64,000 bases of DNA from a virus (lineage: Duplodnaviria > Caudoviricetes), in IMG/VR virus record IMGVR_UViG_3300037587_000358, positions 1,719-65,718 of that record. One strand, given 5' to 3'. The translations under genes were made by a program, and so were the position numbers. A model generated the notes under the pieces. That model had not been told where the DNA came from. It searched no databases and worked only from the letters and a program-made list of their open reading frames with translations. Each line of letters starts with the position of its first letter. Positions within the stretch are counted from its first letter, which is position 1. This document shows, piece by piece, positions 30,701-38,103 of this stretch.

Positions 30701-33035
30701 GAAAAACATAAAGCTAAGTCCTTCTCAGATAAACGCTTACAAGGCGTGGCAGGCGTCCACGAAAAAAATGAGAGAAAGAGTGGTCGAGGCCATAGACAAG
30801 TTGACCTATCTTCCATTTGAGAATAAGCCCTGGGCAGGGAAGCTAAAAGCTACTGTCAAACGCCATGAGGTACAGAGGGCAAGGCAGAGAGAAGTCGAGA
30901 TCGAGCAGGGCAAACGTACTGATTTCTCAGAGCTGCAAGAAAGCGAGATACCAGAGCGCATGAAGGATGCAGACAAAAAGGAATTCGTAGATGCCTTTAA
31001 TAAGGTACTGCCAAAACAGATAAGGATATCGACGCTGAGACGTCAAATGGGGGAGATAAAAGGATATGCACCGAGAGTCAGAGAAGGTAAGTATGTAGTC
31101 AAGGCATATGACTCACAAGGCAACACGCTGTGGCACGAACGTACTGAGAAGGAAAAAGAAACTAAGGGCATGATATCATCAATGATCAAGCGCCTTGAAG
31201 CTGAGGGGCTTGATCATGGCCAGGATTTCACCGTCAGGAAAGAGATTAGCGACAAGATATCTGAGTTCATCTTCGATCAGGTACAGGCGGTGTCCGTGGA
31301 AAGGTTTGTCAATAAAGCTATTAACCAAGCTAAGACCAACGATAAGATTTCAGAAGCCGACGTGGCAGCAGTCAGTGAGGAAATGATCACCCTGCTTACT
31401 AACGAGTTCAAGCAGAGAGGCTTTGCTTCTGCCATGATGAAGAGACGTAGAGGATTCCCTATCGGTGGCTACAAGATTGAGAACATTAAGAGGCGATATG
31501 CTGGGTACGTCAGCGGGGCCAGCGGATACATGACTAAGCAGATTGCGGCCTTCGAGTATGCTTCTGTGCTCAGGACTATAGACATCAATACTAAGCCAGA
31601 CCTATACGAAGACATTGCCAGATATTCCGGCGACATGTTGCGCAACTCAACAAGGCTTGACAGGATATCCGGCAGAGTCAGAACCGCAGCATTCGTGTGG
31701 TACCTTGCTGGCCAGCTCAAGAGTCCGATTGTAAACTTTACTCAGAATTGGATACTCGGTATTCCGTTACTGGAAAAGGCAACTGGTAAAGGTGCCAAAG
31801 GTATCTATCATACAGCCATGGCCGACGTGGCGAGAAGAAAATACACTGACCTGGACAGAAGGTTCTTGAAGGAAATGCAGGAAAGAGGCATTACCGGAGA
31901 CCAGCTTACGCAAGAGATTACTGGCTCAACAGTGGCGGAAGCAGGGAAGGCATACGAGACAGTCATCAAAGTCTTAGCGACCCCGTTCAGCTTGTCAGAA
32001 ATATTTAACCGAAAGGTTTCAGGACTGGCAAGGTTTAGGGCGGCTGTAGCAGCCGGAGACGACTATCGTACTGCCTTCGATAAATCCCGGGACTTTATCA
32101 TCGACGTCCATTTCCTCTATGGAAAGCTTAATGCTCCGAGTGGGGCCAGAGGCGGTACGCCAGGTGCAGCGATTCTTAGAACATCATTGACGTTCAGGAA
32201 CTATACCTTTAACTTCATACACGCTATGAAGGGAATGCTTAGCGAAGGCGACTTTAAAACAGTAGCCAAGGCCATGACGTATATGGCATTACTTGGTGGA
32301 GCCAGCGCTCTTCCATTCTTAGACGGGTTCTTGGACATGCTGGAAAGGATTACCGGGACACCATTCAGGAAGAATGCGAAGAAAGACCTTGAAAGCGTTG
32401 GCGGAGAGATACTGGCAAATGTTGGAGTGCAGGGGTTGCCAGCTCTTTTAGGTGTGGATATCGGCGGTTCTTTGAGAATCCACTTTCCGGATGTTACAGA
32501 TCCAGGAAAGCTAATAGAAGAGTCTGTATTCGGAGTGTATGAAGGATTGGCAATGAAAGGAGTCAACTCGATCAAGGCAGCGAGCACAGGACAATACGCC
32601 AGGGCCTTTGAATTGTTATCGCCTACGTTCATCGAGAGGCCGCTCAAGGCTATTCGTCAGCGTGAGGCAGGTCTTACCACGACAAGAGGCAAGATCATCA
32701 AGGAAAGCAGCGGTGAGCCGATTATACCGACTATACCAGAGACCATTGCTACGGCATTGTCGTTCAGGCCGTCACGAATTGCAAGATTGTCGGATAACTA
32801 CCGTCAATTTGGAAACGTGGCAAGGTTCTATTCTGATTGGAGAGGCGATATCTATACTGCGTTCAGGCTCGGCAAGACATTTGAAGCCAGACAGAAAGTG
32901 CTACAGGAGGTCGTGGAATACAACAGAGCAGCCATCGACCAAGGCGGAGCAGTATCTTTAATAAGGGCGGCACAGCTCAAGGGAGCCTTGAGAGACAGGC
33001 CTGATAAGAGGTTCCGAGCATTTGGCGGGCTATGA
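18780..33035 (+). CDS. Giant polyvalent DarB-like protein (4751 aa): inorganic pyrophosphatase-like, LPD1-like, N6-adenine methyltransferase, SNF2/SF2 helicase, HExxH domain
   Basis: HYGYIKGT...DEHKVMLGF (~20940-21370); FGFRGAEFG...HEWAH...FARAFE (~22740-23540); VLEPAVGTGNF and NVPF (~24190-25270); HEVGTGKT (26604), DEAH (~27100), SGTP, QRRGRFVRQGN; RHEIFH (~29850). Confidence 0.9.
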   Translation: MGRLLDEFNKELSTRQNEPGFNKEAFKTEFLTSRGHTPKQQPGRGLPESRGVVADIASSVAGGVTDAAEMWARAIRAFDPKGGNDVVRDFATKGIDAIQGFVDRHPFLKPSKEAESGFRRALTEGTRSFVQSASAVIPGLVASAAVPIAAPFVGAAGGAVVFGAAEKDRFQEEVEDFISSNNLTESQAADLREKGDSQAIKSALVEGGFELAANTLQVITLGLFKPFKGAAKGAVKTTFKSLFDAPSGSVAVRAAKAYGKTAVTEVATETAQEALETKFRRDIGITDMSSLDAAVSVIAPTLVTSLLFLGSAKGVNSLDRRRIRKGLEEAVDISGKPASAKKRKKAVDAAVAVFGKKNKEQAEKIRESAYAFIDSGASIDLETDFGVLTFAGQMAKDLNSGALNVHDMEKFAQGIQSENSAVSAELLKIATSYKIQNNIPDLGEVEQSGGEQDLADTMLNPAKDVDLEAVAAEEDDIADSETVDDPAVAEKAVDDALEGKQPGLNEDIPVLSNAELEAELVSLRENFPSQEPLLGEIQQERIDTINDELGEREGEAAVKEERERVMAEISEPKVPEALEPRVTEFVSPEAVKERQKAQREGLIEPGVKLKPAEKKKFLEDLKALQEDVAKTPEGETIEVEQVAPQGVVDKIRQEIGEDATPEQFEALIAGLEATIAEEAAKEIEGIPTAEAVEAGEVPVVTTGEAATTAKAKVDVAAEQTDPAPTEAQIEAGNAKKGHANVQGLDISIETAEGQERSGTDLSGKPWTVTMKSHYGYIKGTEGRDKEHLDAFIGKNPGSENVFVVNQINPESGAFDEHKVMLGFDTEEAARAGYFENYAKGWKGLKSIVPMSMIEFKAWIKGDTTKELKAVVKPERVEPEVEKEFPPVPTEPTAVQKEADITSDEELDVLLADIQPETKKKRPVSVTEKKEGKKPKATVSELKEKTAGDILSEASKAGVKGIDSAIKGVFELFGGTSIKTFPPTLDKETYAKAKPHFEAAFTEFGNAGKSLKEFLQFMVNNFGNGIKPYLKLFVQEQREVVEEEPEAKEVEEAKPVDVGEKKEKPVKKEKPKKQKPVEVKRIRLKDVGEEVPGKRSQKDNFENIQEQHKELETGNTNKDLNKILNRAVRSKLWKIEKEDRLNATPGTTRYLKAVRGGAMGVNSYVASKLGGVFGNAKDRIEEFAGIEDLPGDKKGYNEISKWVAKYENALQILNSATESANTVQEAHDNIVTLVAKTVSENTKNTLFNLSEEGEAIMDIFPWGEAMAVFRPQSFIEEELKDKPDPKDLRRQKIALSEIERSNLPNHRQDNPNPTAQDFIDQFGFRGAEFGEYVDSVSGRRHVNHAWDAFHDLTNLLGVPLKASAMKVSRSGFLHGTGESKVGGQVTQGQTLAMAFGSRGRGRHSAHYEPLNHLINMTKNNGDGSLSHEWAHSLDSTLSLSPKGRDAINDVIRALNTRYDIERARAEVEEILTGNSRWTKQRIGRTPIEVAKEFLELKWKAYVATSTNFSKKSDLLGDYWARNEEKFARAFEAFVYDSLEGSSPYLVSDWVNGDTTKEENGYRSNPYPAGEEREQFNRIFKHFMDGIEWTEDGIPSMKEGYELVSEKEEKLAQEALGTIKGKLEEMFAAMHQGKASKDGLWWYEYTATKRGALMQPDDINAHDDSLGENGAVAYTEALLPDMILYYKLKAVTHDKDENKVYLKEAGDGGQIESRDQLDTAGLDGESSLEEVEAEDGERADTGTGITRRPVERAGEESDGLGERGTSGPASAFGDGESSSDVDTAAAGIGGNDIKPGQDAVLGGGNYRITESDRVGQGTLNEKFSNNISAIRTLQQIEREERHATREEQAVLVKYVGWGGMSQAFNEFGDKGWTDKFEILKQTLNDEEFAAARTSTLSAFYTSPEVVTKMYDALQKFGFKGGRVLEPAVGTGNFFGLLPESIASATQLAGVEMDNISSRIARQLYQRANVFNSPYEKSTLPRNFYDVAISNVPFEDVIPFDRTFNKKRFKLHDYYFNKTLALVRPGGIVAFITSAGTMDKVSEEARKELSKNADLIGAIRLPDTAFKDAGTRVTADIIFLRRKGGTGKEIKAQKWTEVTSWTQEKPDGGSFNINEYFAKNPEMMLGQMSNTGRWEDSQNLMSDGRNIEEALAEAVGKLPSDIYTELENVIEIDIADLIPDEGVFSDGDFFEEGGKVFIFVAGEEAILYEEKTPHQKRKGQVIRGFIKIRAARRAMLKAQAKEASEKIQKPLTAKLNKEYDAFVKKFGFLNLPENLRAFIDDPEAPRILALENWSDETGEATKSDIFSKKFIENLRPVTSVKKPQDGIPHSLNALGRIDIPFIAKLAGISEDEVIAELQGEIWNDPEKGWVVSDEYLSGNIKEKIALAEQAAKSDGTFAKNVDALTPLIPEDLPPSAIRANLGAPWIEPGDVQHFIRDLVPQGHSIHVDYVAELGLWKLASRGGGSETGAKRLFKNAKESVAATATWGTSRKNFFELLERYILNGSAQGLTVFDKIPGTDQKILNTKETEAAQAKLEAIKEKFSKWLWEDDDRLSKYVRKYNDVYNGTVERKFDGSHLTFPGQVPNDIIELTSHQKNAVWRAISTGFNTYFAHEVGTGKTFAMAATIMEAKRLGLKKKPLMLGIKANVDALAEDFAKLYPTARILRMDVSANALKRKIQLNRIANNEWDAVIISHDSFKNIQLSAEGQTEAVEEELGNLRLSLALAQESGAAAFTVKAIELRMKSLKSDLDKRIGALEVSKIDLDFEELGVDLVVVDEAHIFKNIPYATKLDGIVGVSGDGSGKAFDLHMKTRWINEKFGGGIILASGTPITNSVSEIYNIGRYLNPQTLRDKGIHTFDAWASAFGNITQTAEFAPEGGGYRMVRKFKEFFNIPELRSIVREVVDVIAAKDLGLKVPEILSGKPVPVVIPQNEMVEALSQEMLIRAKDIRSGGINKQPRHPDKTDIMFSIISDGRNGAIDMRLVDPELPDHPDTKANHSVRNVFQLWKASENIKGTQLVFADRGVPKLVPKLDINGSVIQKLDKDGNPRFSTRTIIDKETGAEEKITKPLLEMRPAFNVYDDVKNKLIAMGIPEKEIAFPRDVKGNKIKKKKLFNQVNAGDVRILIGSTADMGTGVNVQERGVGIHNLDTEWTFERLEQRRGRFVRQGNILYDIKFPVAVFNYMTEGTVDAFMWDKVANKKITTEVVLQSNSQQREIEDVSQESASAQEMMAFASGDPRFLHKIELEAEVRKLNAIRGNWIDEQYRLKRELGAIPGVIEAMNTSIANKKKAQDWFENINAVKIGDVLYDLKRHSSELIKRMSEVLSPKNAKMARKSVNRIPIATFGHARTEEVETVEEVTTVKTVKDKSIEVKEKKKKINKVLRWEGDNDIPVYVRNPFTLTAEKIGIKDVDILKLGTKSKYGEWEITASAGLARLLSNTKASIEREMKSSQELIEKKEKQRNDINEEIAKPFEQEEEHTSKTEELAQLTAELGQILQQQQEEQGRIDPDLERFKSQAVDVGEMDIPEEDVSLSVEKKSDIKAKESEYWAVTGQIAQAIVDKDDVAKEKLEKVRSKIERQLSKAQDVKAKVPVTKKAVPAGVLADIYTDLFREAEKILGYGKVKLEVVTQEALKKDPDVIKAAEERGISKEELIEEYNVKGAYLGVTVDGVATKGVIKVAADGFRSIIDMDATVRHEIFHGVFKRLLNNKDRNIILSRYKTEEKAADMFASHIAQEGKLISTSIKSIFNRMADFFESLGNLLKGRGFKNAGDVFGAAAAGELADKATTMAAVGANVSLSIEKGVPEEDLNAEHDASKEQFEKVLKSSNPLLRQYAAGLQNVVSMNPANVQMNKSHTKVVDEIYTGTRNSDIKFTERVFGLPWFLAKKFVEWKQALGIELKRSEDRNLIMSEFNKKVGEVRKGEKDLHEIMALKPNEEENVLLVIYEGDALNKEFTNDELNHSIAITELNKLDPGKFSKKNIKLSPSQINAYKAWQASTKKMRERVVEAIDKLTYLPFENKPWAGKLKATVKRHEVQRARQREVEIEQGKRTDFSELQESEIPERMKDADKKEFVDAFNKVLPKQIRISTLRRQMGEIKGYAPRVREGKYVVKAYDSQGNTLWHERTEKEKETKGMISSMIKRLEAEGLDHGQDFTVRKEISDKISEFIFDQVQAVSVERFVNKAINQAKTNDKISEADVAAVSEEMITLLTNEFKQRGFASAMMKRRRGFPIGGYKIENIKRRYAGYVSGASGYMTKQIAAFEYASVLRTIDINTKPDLYEDIARYSGDMLRNSTRLDRISGRVRTAAFVWYLAGQLKSPIVNFTQNWILGIPLLEKATGKGAKGIYHTAMADVARRKYTDLDRRFLKEMQERGITGDQLTQEITGSTVAEAGKAYETVIKVLATPFSLSEIFNRKVSGLARFRAAVAAGDDYRTAFDKSRDFIIDVHFLYGKLNAPSGARGGTPGAAILRTSLTFRNYTFNFIHAMKGMLSEGDFKTVAKAMTYMALLGGASALPFLDGFLDMLERITGTPFRKNAKKDLESVGGEILANVGVQGLPALLGVDIGGSLRIHFPDVTDPGKLIEESVFGVYEGLAMKGVNSIKAASTGQYARAFELLSPTFIERPLKAIRQREAGLTTTRGKIIKESSGEPIIPTIPETIATALSFRPSRIARLSDNYRQFGNVARFYSDWRGDIYTAFRLGKTFEARQKVLQEVVEYNRAAIDQGGAVSLIRAAQLKGALRDRPDKRFRAFGGL
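23893..24264 (+). CDS. Nested out-of-frame gene, TnpV-like small helical protein
   Basis: Perfect SD AGGAGG at 23881-23886, 6 nt before ATG. GLMAKAHWKKWRPKMVKEL...G..L resembles the TnpV pattern. The host frame here is a low-complexity linker. Confidence 0.7.
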   Translation: MADKLNRETSLTRLGLMAKAHWKKWRPKMVKELIRGQVLHAALLNAQEKSLTALVNEARAGLPVHLAMEKVLPMWIRLPPESEVTTLSQDRMPFLEAETTESQNPIESVRVPSTKSFPIISQQ

Positions 33036-33181
33036 CATTTCGATGCAAACTGCTTCTTGCCATGCATAATACATTCCTGCTATTTTGGCAGTCCACCAGC
33101 CCTCTTTGTCATCATAATACCATTCATTATGTTCTAATTGGGCTGCTACCTTTTCAGGACAGCCATCTTTTCTATTTTCCA

Positions 33182-33406
33182 TTAATGATGGCTTTCTATT
33201 GGGCGATCAAATGTTGCCCTTGCAAAGGCTATTGCTTGCTTCCTTGATGTAACTATTACGCCATTGCCAGTTAGTAAATACATAAATGGAGTAGCTTTTA
33301 AGCATTCATTTGCAGCGTCAATAAAGATTTTTCCTTGTTCTATTTTTAATTTCCCAAAAGCGGGTAGTAGTATTTCTAAGTGCGTACACAAGCCTTTATT
33401 ATTCAT
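33182..33406 (-). CDS. Hypothetical protein (AT-rich leftward mini-operon)
   Basis: ATGA overlap with upstream gene; SD GGAG. Confidence 0.55.
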   Translation of the reverse strand: MNNKGLCTHLEILLPAFGKLKIEQGKIFIDAANECLKATPFMYLLTGNGVIVTSRKQAIAFARATFDRPIESHH

Positions 33407-33744
33407 TCTGAATATTCTCCATTTTTAATTCTAAGTAAAACAACTTCTATTAAGTCCTCAAAATCTTTTCTTCCAAACTCTTTCATATCAACTTTTACAG
33501 AGAATACATATACTTTTCCATTATGATCAACAAGACCTCTTATCCAGTATAGTGTTGGTATTAATACCTCTACATGATGAATGATATGCCCTCTGTCTTT
33601 AAACTTTTCGAGGTATCTATGGAATTGATAATCTTCGTCTGTCATATTACATATATCTCTTTTCAAAGAACCCTTAAGCAGTTGATCTGGATATTCAATT
33701 TTTTTGTTCATAAAATGCTCTTTAATAATAATCAAGTCACTCAT
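33403..33744 (-). CDS. Hypothetical protein
   Basis: 113 aa, SD AGGAG, coupled to neighbours. Confidence 0.6.
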   Translation of the reverse strand: MSDLIIIKEHFMNKKIEYPDQLLKGSLKRDICNMTDEDYQFHRYLEKFKDRGHIIHHVEVLIPTLYWIRGLVDHNGKVYVFSVKVDMKEFGRKDFEDLIEVVLLRIKNGEYSE

Positions 33745-33935
33745 TTATCGCTCTCCTTTTGTTTTTCATTTAGATGTGCTCCCATTTCAGCATAACCCTC
33801 ACATTCTAAACAAAAGTGACCGAAGCGATACTTGCCATCGGCACATAGGCCATTAACATACCGCTGGTCTATAAAGGGCTTGCCGTTTAATTCTTTTTTG
33901 CATTGACCACAGAATATTTTCTTTTTTTCTTTCAT
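33741..33935 (-). CDS. Small CxxC...CxxC protein
   Basis: CGQC and CLEC motifs. Confidence 0.55.
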   Translation of the reverse strand: MKEKKKIFCGQCKKELNGKPFIDQRYVNGLCADGKYRFGHFCLECEGYAEMGAHLNEKQKESDK

Positions 33936-33940
33936 AATAG

Positions 33941-34058
33941 ATAGGAGGGGTTCAGGGTAGACACGCAGTGATGCATTTCACCCGTCTGGCCTTAAGGGCC
34001 TCCCGGAGGTTGCCCATGGGAACAACAGGAAGTCCGACGGCACTCCCCTCTCGCCTAT
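33941..34058 (-). ncRNA. Candidate structured RNA / leader
   Basis: GC-rich island in AT-rich DNA with nested stems GAGGGG/CCCCTC, CCGTC/GACGG, CTTCCTG/CGGGAGG and a CCCATGGG hairpin; begins just downstream of a sigma70-like promoter. Confidence 0.5.
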
Positions 34059-34148
34059 ACAATAACATCATATTTATTAGTGTCAATAATAATCCTAAAA
34101 AAATATTATAATTTTGTGCTTGCAATACTTCAATAAATGTTATATACT
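34059..34148. promoter_or_regulatory. Divergent sigma70-like promoters
   Basis: Minus: TTGACA (34086-81)-N16-TATTGT with TG extension. Plus: TTGCAA (34120)-N17-TATACT (34143). Confidence 0.7.
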
Positions 34149-34154
34149 TCCACC

Positions 34155-34397
34155 ATGAATATTGACAAAGGCGTACCAATTCCTGAGAAAAGAAGAGGCC
34201 GTAAGCCTAAATACAATTTTGCTGAAATGGAAATAGGTGATTCCTTTTTCGCTGTAGGAGACGGCTCCATACAAGTGAGCGTCCTTACATGTGCAAGAAG
34301 GCATTTGCCAAAGAAATTCATAACGCAGAAGGGAACACAGATGTTGCCTGGTAATAGTGGGCTTGAAAATGGGTTTAGGTGCTGGAGAACTGAATAA
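34155..34397 (+). CDS. Small phage DNA-binding-like protein, leaderless
   Basis: IDKGVPIP...KYNF.EMEIGDSF...G.R.WR family pattern; ATG 6 nt after the -10 box. Confidence 0.75.
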   Translation: MNIDKGVPIPEKRRGRKPKYNFAEMEIGDSFFAVGDGSIQVSVLTCARRHLPKKFITQKGTQMLPGNSGLENGFRCWRTE

Positions 34398-34411
34398 GAA
34401 AGGAGGGTCGA

Positions 34412-34678
34412 GTGAAAATATCATGGAAAGACGCTAATCGCTCAGTATTTATTACCGCAGAAGGTGATTCAGACAAGTTGCTTTTATCTGTAATTGCTAA
34501 AATGGCAGAAGAGCTGTCCGTTGTCACTGAGATGGCTGATGGAAGAATAAAGGCAGCTCAGAACAAAATGCATGAAGCCACTACCGCTCTCGCCGAATAC
34601 CAAAAAGACACAGCCTTGTCCAGTCGAATAGCTGCATGGTTCGGGCGAATCATTGCAAAGTTAAAAGGAGGCAAGTAA
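34412..34678 (+). CDS. Hypothetical protein
   Basis: SD AGGAGG, GTG start. Confidence 0.6.
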   Translation: MKISWKDANRSVFITAEGDSDKLLLSVIAKMAEELSVVTEMADGRIKAAQNKMHEATTALAEYQKDTALSSRIAAWFGRIIAKLKGGK

Positions 34679-34938
34679 TGACAGAAGAACCAGCAGTAAA
34701 AGAAGAGCCGATTAAGTTTTTAGCAAAGGCGAACTGTAAGCATTGTCGTGGCAGGGGGTTTGTTACCAGGACACATCCGATTGGCAAAGACGGTCAGAAG
34801 AAAATGAGTAAGCGTAAAACATTATGTTCATGCGTTACTGAGATAAAGACTCCAGAACCAGACGAATGTATTGTGCCGAAAGTAGCGAAGGACGGGCCGA
34901 AGAAGATTTACGCCTGCGCAGCACAGCCACTACATTAA
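34678..34938 (+). CDS. Zn-ribbon protein
   Basis: CKHCRGRG...CSC motif; SD AGGAGG. Confidence 0.6.
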   Translation: MTEEPAVKEEPIKFLAKANCKHCRGRGFVTRTHPIGKDGQKKMSKRKTLCSCVTEIKTPEPDECIVPKVAKDGPKKIYACAAQPLH

Positions 34939-35009
34939 ATATGTTTTTCTTCACAACAACGCCAATGGGTTGTAATTATTTTTATAAATTATATGAGAGA
35001 GAGGCAAAT

Positions 35010-35354
35010 ATGTCTAAAAAAGGCAAGCATGTATCGTTCCCGAATCAAAGGGAACAGTGCAGGCTAAATAAGTACACGTATACAGAGAAGTGTGCGTGTG
35101 GTATACTTACGTTGATGTGTAATTATCCGTTTGAAGACCCGAAGCATAAGAAGGGCATTTGTCGTGCCAATACGTGTACTGATATGAGAAAGACTTTGGC
35201 TGGGGACGTCGATGCAATAGAAGAAACAATGGCTCCGTCAACAGAAGAGAAGCTTGGAGACGATGCACTGATTGATGCCAAGGATAACATCGCATCGGAT
35301 ACTGAGCCGGAAAAATATTTATCTGATCCGGAAGATATTGCAAAGTCAGCATAA
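35010..35354 (+). CDS. Cys-containing hypothetical protein (alternative start 34941)
   Basis: SD GAGG before ATG 35010; acidic tail. Confidence 0.55.
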   Translation: MSKKGKHVSFPNQREQCRLNKYTYTEKCACGILTLMCNYPFEDPKHKKGICRANTCTDMRKTLAGDVDAIEETMAPSTEEKLGDDALIDAKDNIASDTEPEKYLSDPEDIAKSA

Positions 35355-35431
35355 AGGAGTCTTGTAGGGGTTTATTGTATTTTAAAAATACAACTGTTGA
35401 AGGTGAGCGCCTGGGCGGAAAGAGAGGGGAT

Positions 35432-35656
35432 ATGGAAAGCGAGCAGAATGGCCAAAAACCGCAAGTGATGGCCAGTCAAGTGGAGCGGTTGTTAACATCT
35501 AGGGAAGTAGAACTAATAAACGGCATGATAGAAGTGCAATTACGCCATGCAAATATATGTGATGGGCTGATAAACAGAACTATGGCATCTAAGCAAAAGG
35601 CATGGGATATGGAAAGAGTTGCATTGCTAAAGAGGGTTTTATTGGTAATGGGATGA
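35432..35656 (+). CDS. Hypothetical protein
   Basis: SD GAGGGG before ATG. Confidence 0.5.
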   Translation: MESEQNGQKPQVMASQVERLLTSREVELINGMIEVQLRHANICDGLINRTMASKQKAWDMERVALLKRVLLVMG

Positions 35657-35670
35657 CAGCAAGGAAATAA

Positions 35671-37170
35671 ATGAACTTCAACGGATTCGCAGTATCAATA
35701 GACGGATTTTATCACGACTCGCCCGTAATACTTGGGGCGAAGACATTAGAAAGAGAGGACAGTAAATTGCCTATCAACGGTTTGACGGAAATCGACAGGC
35801 CCCCACGGCAAGGCATGATACGGCTGGGGGTTAAAAAGAAGAAGCAGGGAACCAATACGGAGTATCCCTCCGAAGTAGACTTTTTTATTCTTGACCCGGA
35901 GACACCAGAGCCGGAAGAGAAGAAGAGGCTTATTGATTTATTCCATAAAGAGTTCGGGAGTGAGCCAAAGGCTATAAGCTGCTTAATCCGCTCTAGTGAT
36001 ATTAATGAGGCATTTCCGCAAAACTATAAAAGGTATGGCCGGAACACTGCTCTTAAATGTATTGGAGATGGCGAAACAGCTTTATGTACTGACCCGCAGT
36101 TCGTTGAAGGCCTCAAGGCATTGACTGATAAAGAGCTTCAAGAGAAGGAGCTAAAGAAAAACCCTACGAGGCCTATCGTTTGGTGTGCTGGACGGGACTG
36201 TATGTACTCTATCGTCAATGATGCATCGAAGAACAAGGAGTGCAAGGCAACAGCTACCCTGTCTATAGAGATTCCTGTTTTGGGCGGCATCGGTTGCTGG
36301 CAGATAACCACAGGCTCGTTTAACTCTATCTTAAATATAAATGGATTTATTAGGGATATGGTTCTTAGATTTGGTAGGGCGCATATGCTACCTCTCACCC
36401 TGGAAAGGCGAGAGATTGAAACTATCTTCAGAGGTAAGAAGGCGAAGCATTATCCTTTATACCTTAACACGCATCACAGTATGGGTGAAATGCTCAAGCA
36501 GCTAAAGATTGCACCTGAGAGAGTCCTTATTGAGACTTATGCAGAGCAGTCAGGAGAGCTACCGCCACCAGCAGAGATCATGGATGCAGAAGGAGTCGAG
36601 GTTCCAGTCGAAGAGAAGATGCCCGTTGAAGAAGAATGTGTACAGGGCCATCCAAATGTTGTAAGGAAATACGAAGAGAGCCTCAAGGAGGATATCGCAG
36701 AGGCAAGCCCAATGACGGTAGACCCGGAAGACGCCGAGATTAACAGGATGGCAGCGCAGGATGAAGTCAAGGAAACCGTTGGCAAGGCAGTAGATCAGCA
36801 GTCCAAAGAGTTTCTTGATGGTCTCAAAGAAGACGGTAAGGTATTGGACAAGCCTTATAATGCAGAAGTAGAAGGAGAGGGCTACAAGAAAAGACCAGTG
36901 GATGCATTGCCTCCAGAAACAGAGAAAAAAGAGAAGCCAGCACCTATCCAGAGTCCGCAGAACAAGCTTATAGACATGCCGGAAAACTTCTTTGAGTTTA
37001 TGAATAAGGCGAAGTCTATGCTTAAGAAAGCAGAGAAGGAGGACATGTATATCGACGCATTGCATACATATAGTGTTAAAGGTTTATCCGAAGTAAAGGA
37101 TGATAAAAAGAAGCAAGAAGACATTAGGGTATATGTCGAGGCTCTGCTTGAAGAAGAAGGAGTGATATGA
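35671..37170 (+). CDS. Putative phage recombination/annealing protein (RDF/gp3-like); likely start TTG 35767
   Basis: G.IRLG.K...YP...DFF, CIGDG and [11 protein letters not shown] motifs; adjacent to SSB. Confidence 0.6.
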   Translation: MNFNGFAVSIDGFYHDSPVILGAKTLEREDSKLPINGLTEIDRPPRQGMIRLGVKKKKQGTNTEYPSEVDFFILDPETPEPEEKKRLIDLFHKEFGSEPKAISCLIRSSDINEAFPQNYKRYGRNTALKCIGDGETALCTDPQFVEGLKALTDKELQEKELKKNPTRPIVWCAGRDCMYSIVNDASKNKECKATATLSIEIPVLGGIGCWQITTGSFNSILNINGFIRDMVLRFGRAHMLPLTLERREIETIFRGKKAKHYPLYLNTHHSMGEMLKQLKIAPERVLIETYAEQSGELPPPAEIMDAEGVEVPVEEKMPVEEECVQGHPNVVRKYEESLKEDIAEASPMTVDPEDAEINRMAAQDEVKETVGKAVDQQSKEFLDGLKEDGKVLDKPYNAEVEGEGYKKRPVDALPPETEKKEKPAPIQSPQNKLIDMPENFFEFMNKAKSMLKKAEKEDMYIDALHTYSVKGLSEVKDDKKKQEDIRVYVEALLEEEGVI

Positions 37171-37171
37171 T

Positions 37172-37681
37172 ATGAGGCTTATGGCCGATAGGACTGGTGA
37201 GAGATTTGGAAAGCTATTGGTTATTGGGTTTAGTCATAAGTCCGAAAAATATCATTATTATTGGCATGTTAAATGCAATTGCGGCAGGGTTAAAATTATT
37301 GCCATGAGGCATTTGACGACAGGGGCTATTAGGTCATGCGGGTGCCTGAGAAGGGGGCCTGATAGTAAGACTGGCAAGACTTTTTTTACACACGGAATGT
37401 ACCGCACAGGAGCTTATAATTCATGGCAAGGCATGAAGTCTAGATGTCTAAACAGCGCTTATCATGGTTATCATTATTATGGCGGAAGGGGCATTAAGAT
37501 ATGCAAAAGATGGTTGGAATTTGAAAACTTCTTTGAAGATATGGGCAATAGGCCTCCTGGCCTAACTTTAGAAAGGAAGGATAATAATGGTAATTATGAG
37601 CTGAGTAATTGTAAATGGGCGACTCGCAAAGAACAAGCCAATAATAGAAGAAATTCAAAAAGAAAGGTTGGGCAAAAATGA
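37172..37681 (+). CDS. HNH homing endonuclease
   Basis: SW..MK.RC...YGGRGI.IC.RW..FENF..DMG.RP...TLER.DNNGNYE..NC.WAT..EQ.NNRR. Confidence 0.9.
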   Translation: MRLMADRTGERFGKLLVIGFSHKSEKYHYYWHVKCNCGRVKIIAMRHLTTGAIRSCGCLRRGPDSKTGKTFFTHGMYRTGAYNSWQGMKSRCLNSAYHGYHYYGGRGIKICKRWLEFENFFEDMGNRPPGLTLERKDNNGNYELSNCKWATRKEQANNRRNSKRKVGQK

Positions 37682-38103
37682 GCAAAATCAATTTAGTTGT
37701 ATTAGAAGGAAACCTTGTTCGGGACGTAGAACTGAAATATACTTCGAACGGTACCGCCCTTGCCGAGTTCACCATTGCGAATAGCAAGAAGTATAAGGAC
37801 AATAGCGGCGAGTGGCAGGAAAGACCGGGATTTTACAATTGCCAGTGCTGGGGTAAACGAGGCGAGACCATTGCAGAGTATTTCACCAAGGGTAAGCCTA
37901 TTCAGATTCAGGGAGAGCTTGTATTTCAGCAATGGGAAACCAAAGACGGACAGAAGAGAAGCGCTGTCAAGATTGGCGTCGAGAAGTTCTTTTTTGTAGG
38001 CACCAAAGATGGTGCAGCCAGCGGCGGCGGTAATAGCGAAGGCCCATCATTCCCTGAAGGCAATGTGCCTAACGATGTCAACGAGGAAAATATTCCGTTC
38101 TAA
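37678..38103 (+). CDS. ssb: Single-stranded DNA-binding protein
   Basis: N.V.L.GNL.RD.EL.YT OB-fold pattern; C-terminal EENIPF. Confidence 0.95.
   Translation: MSKINLVVLEGNLVRDVELKYTSNGTALAEFTIANSKKYKDNSGEWQERPGFYNCQCWGKRGETIAEYFTKGKPIQIQGELVFQQWETKDGQKRSAVKIGVEKFFFVGTKDGAASGGGNSEGPSFPEGNVPNDVNEENIPF

Noticed and set aside
33032-33247. Hydrophobic 71-aa plus-strand ORF after the giant gene
   Set aside because: It overlaps minus-strand ORFs that have better SDs and coupling.
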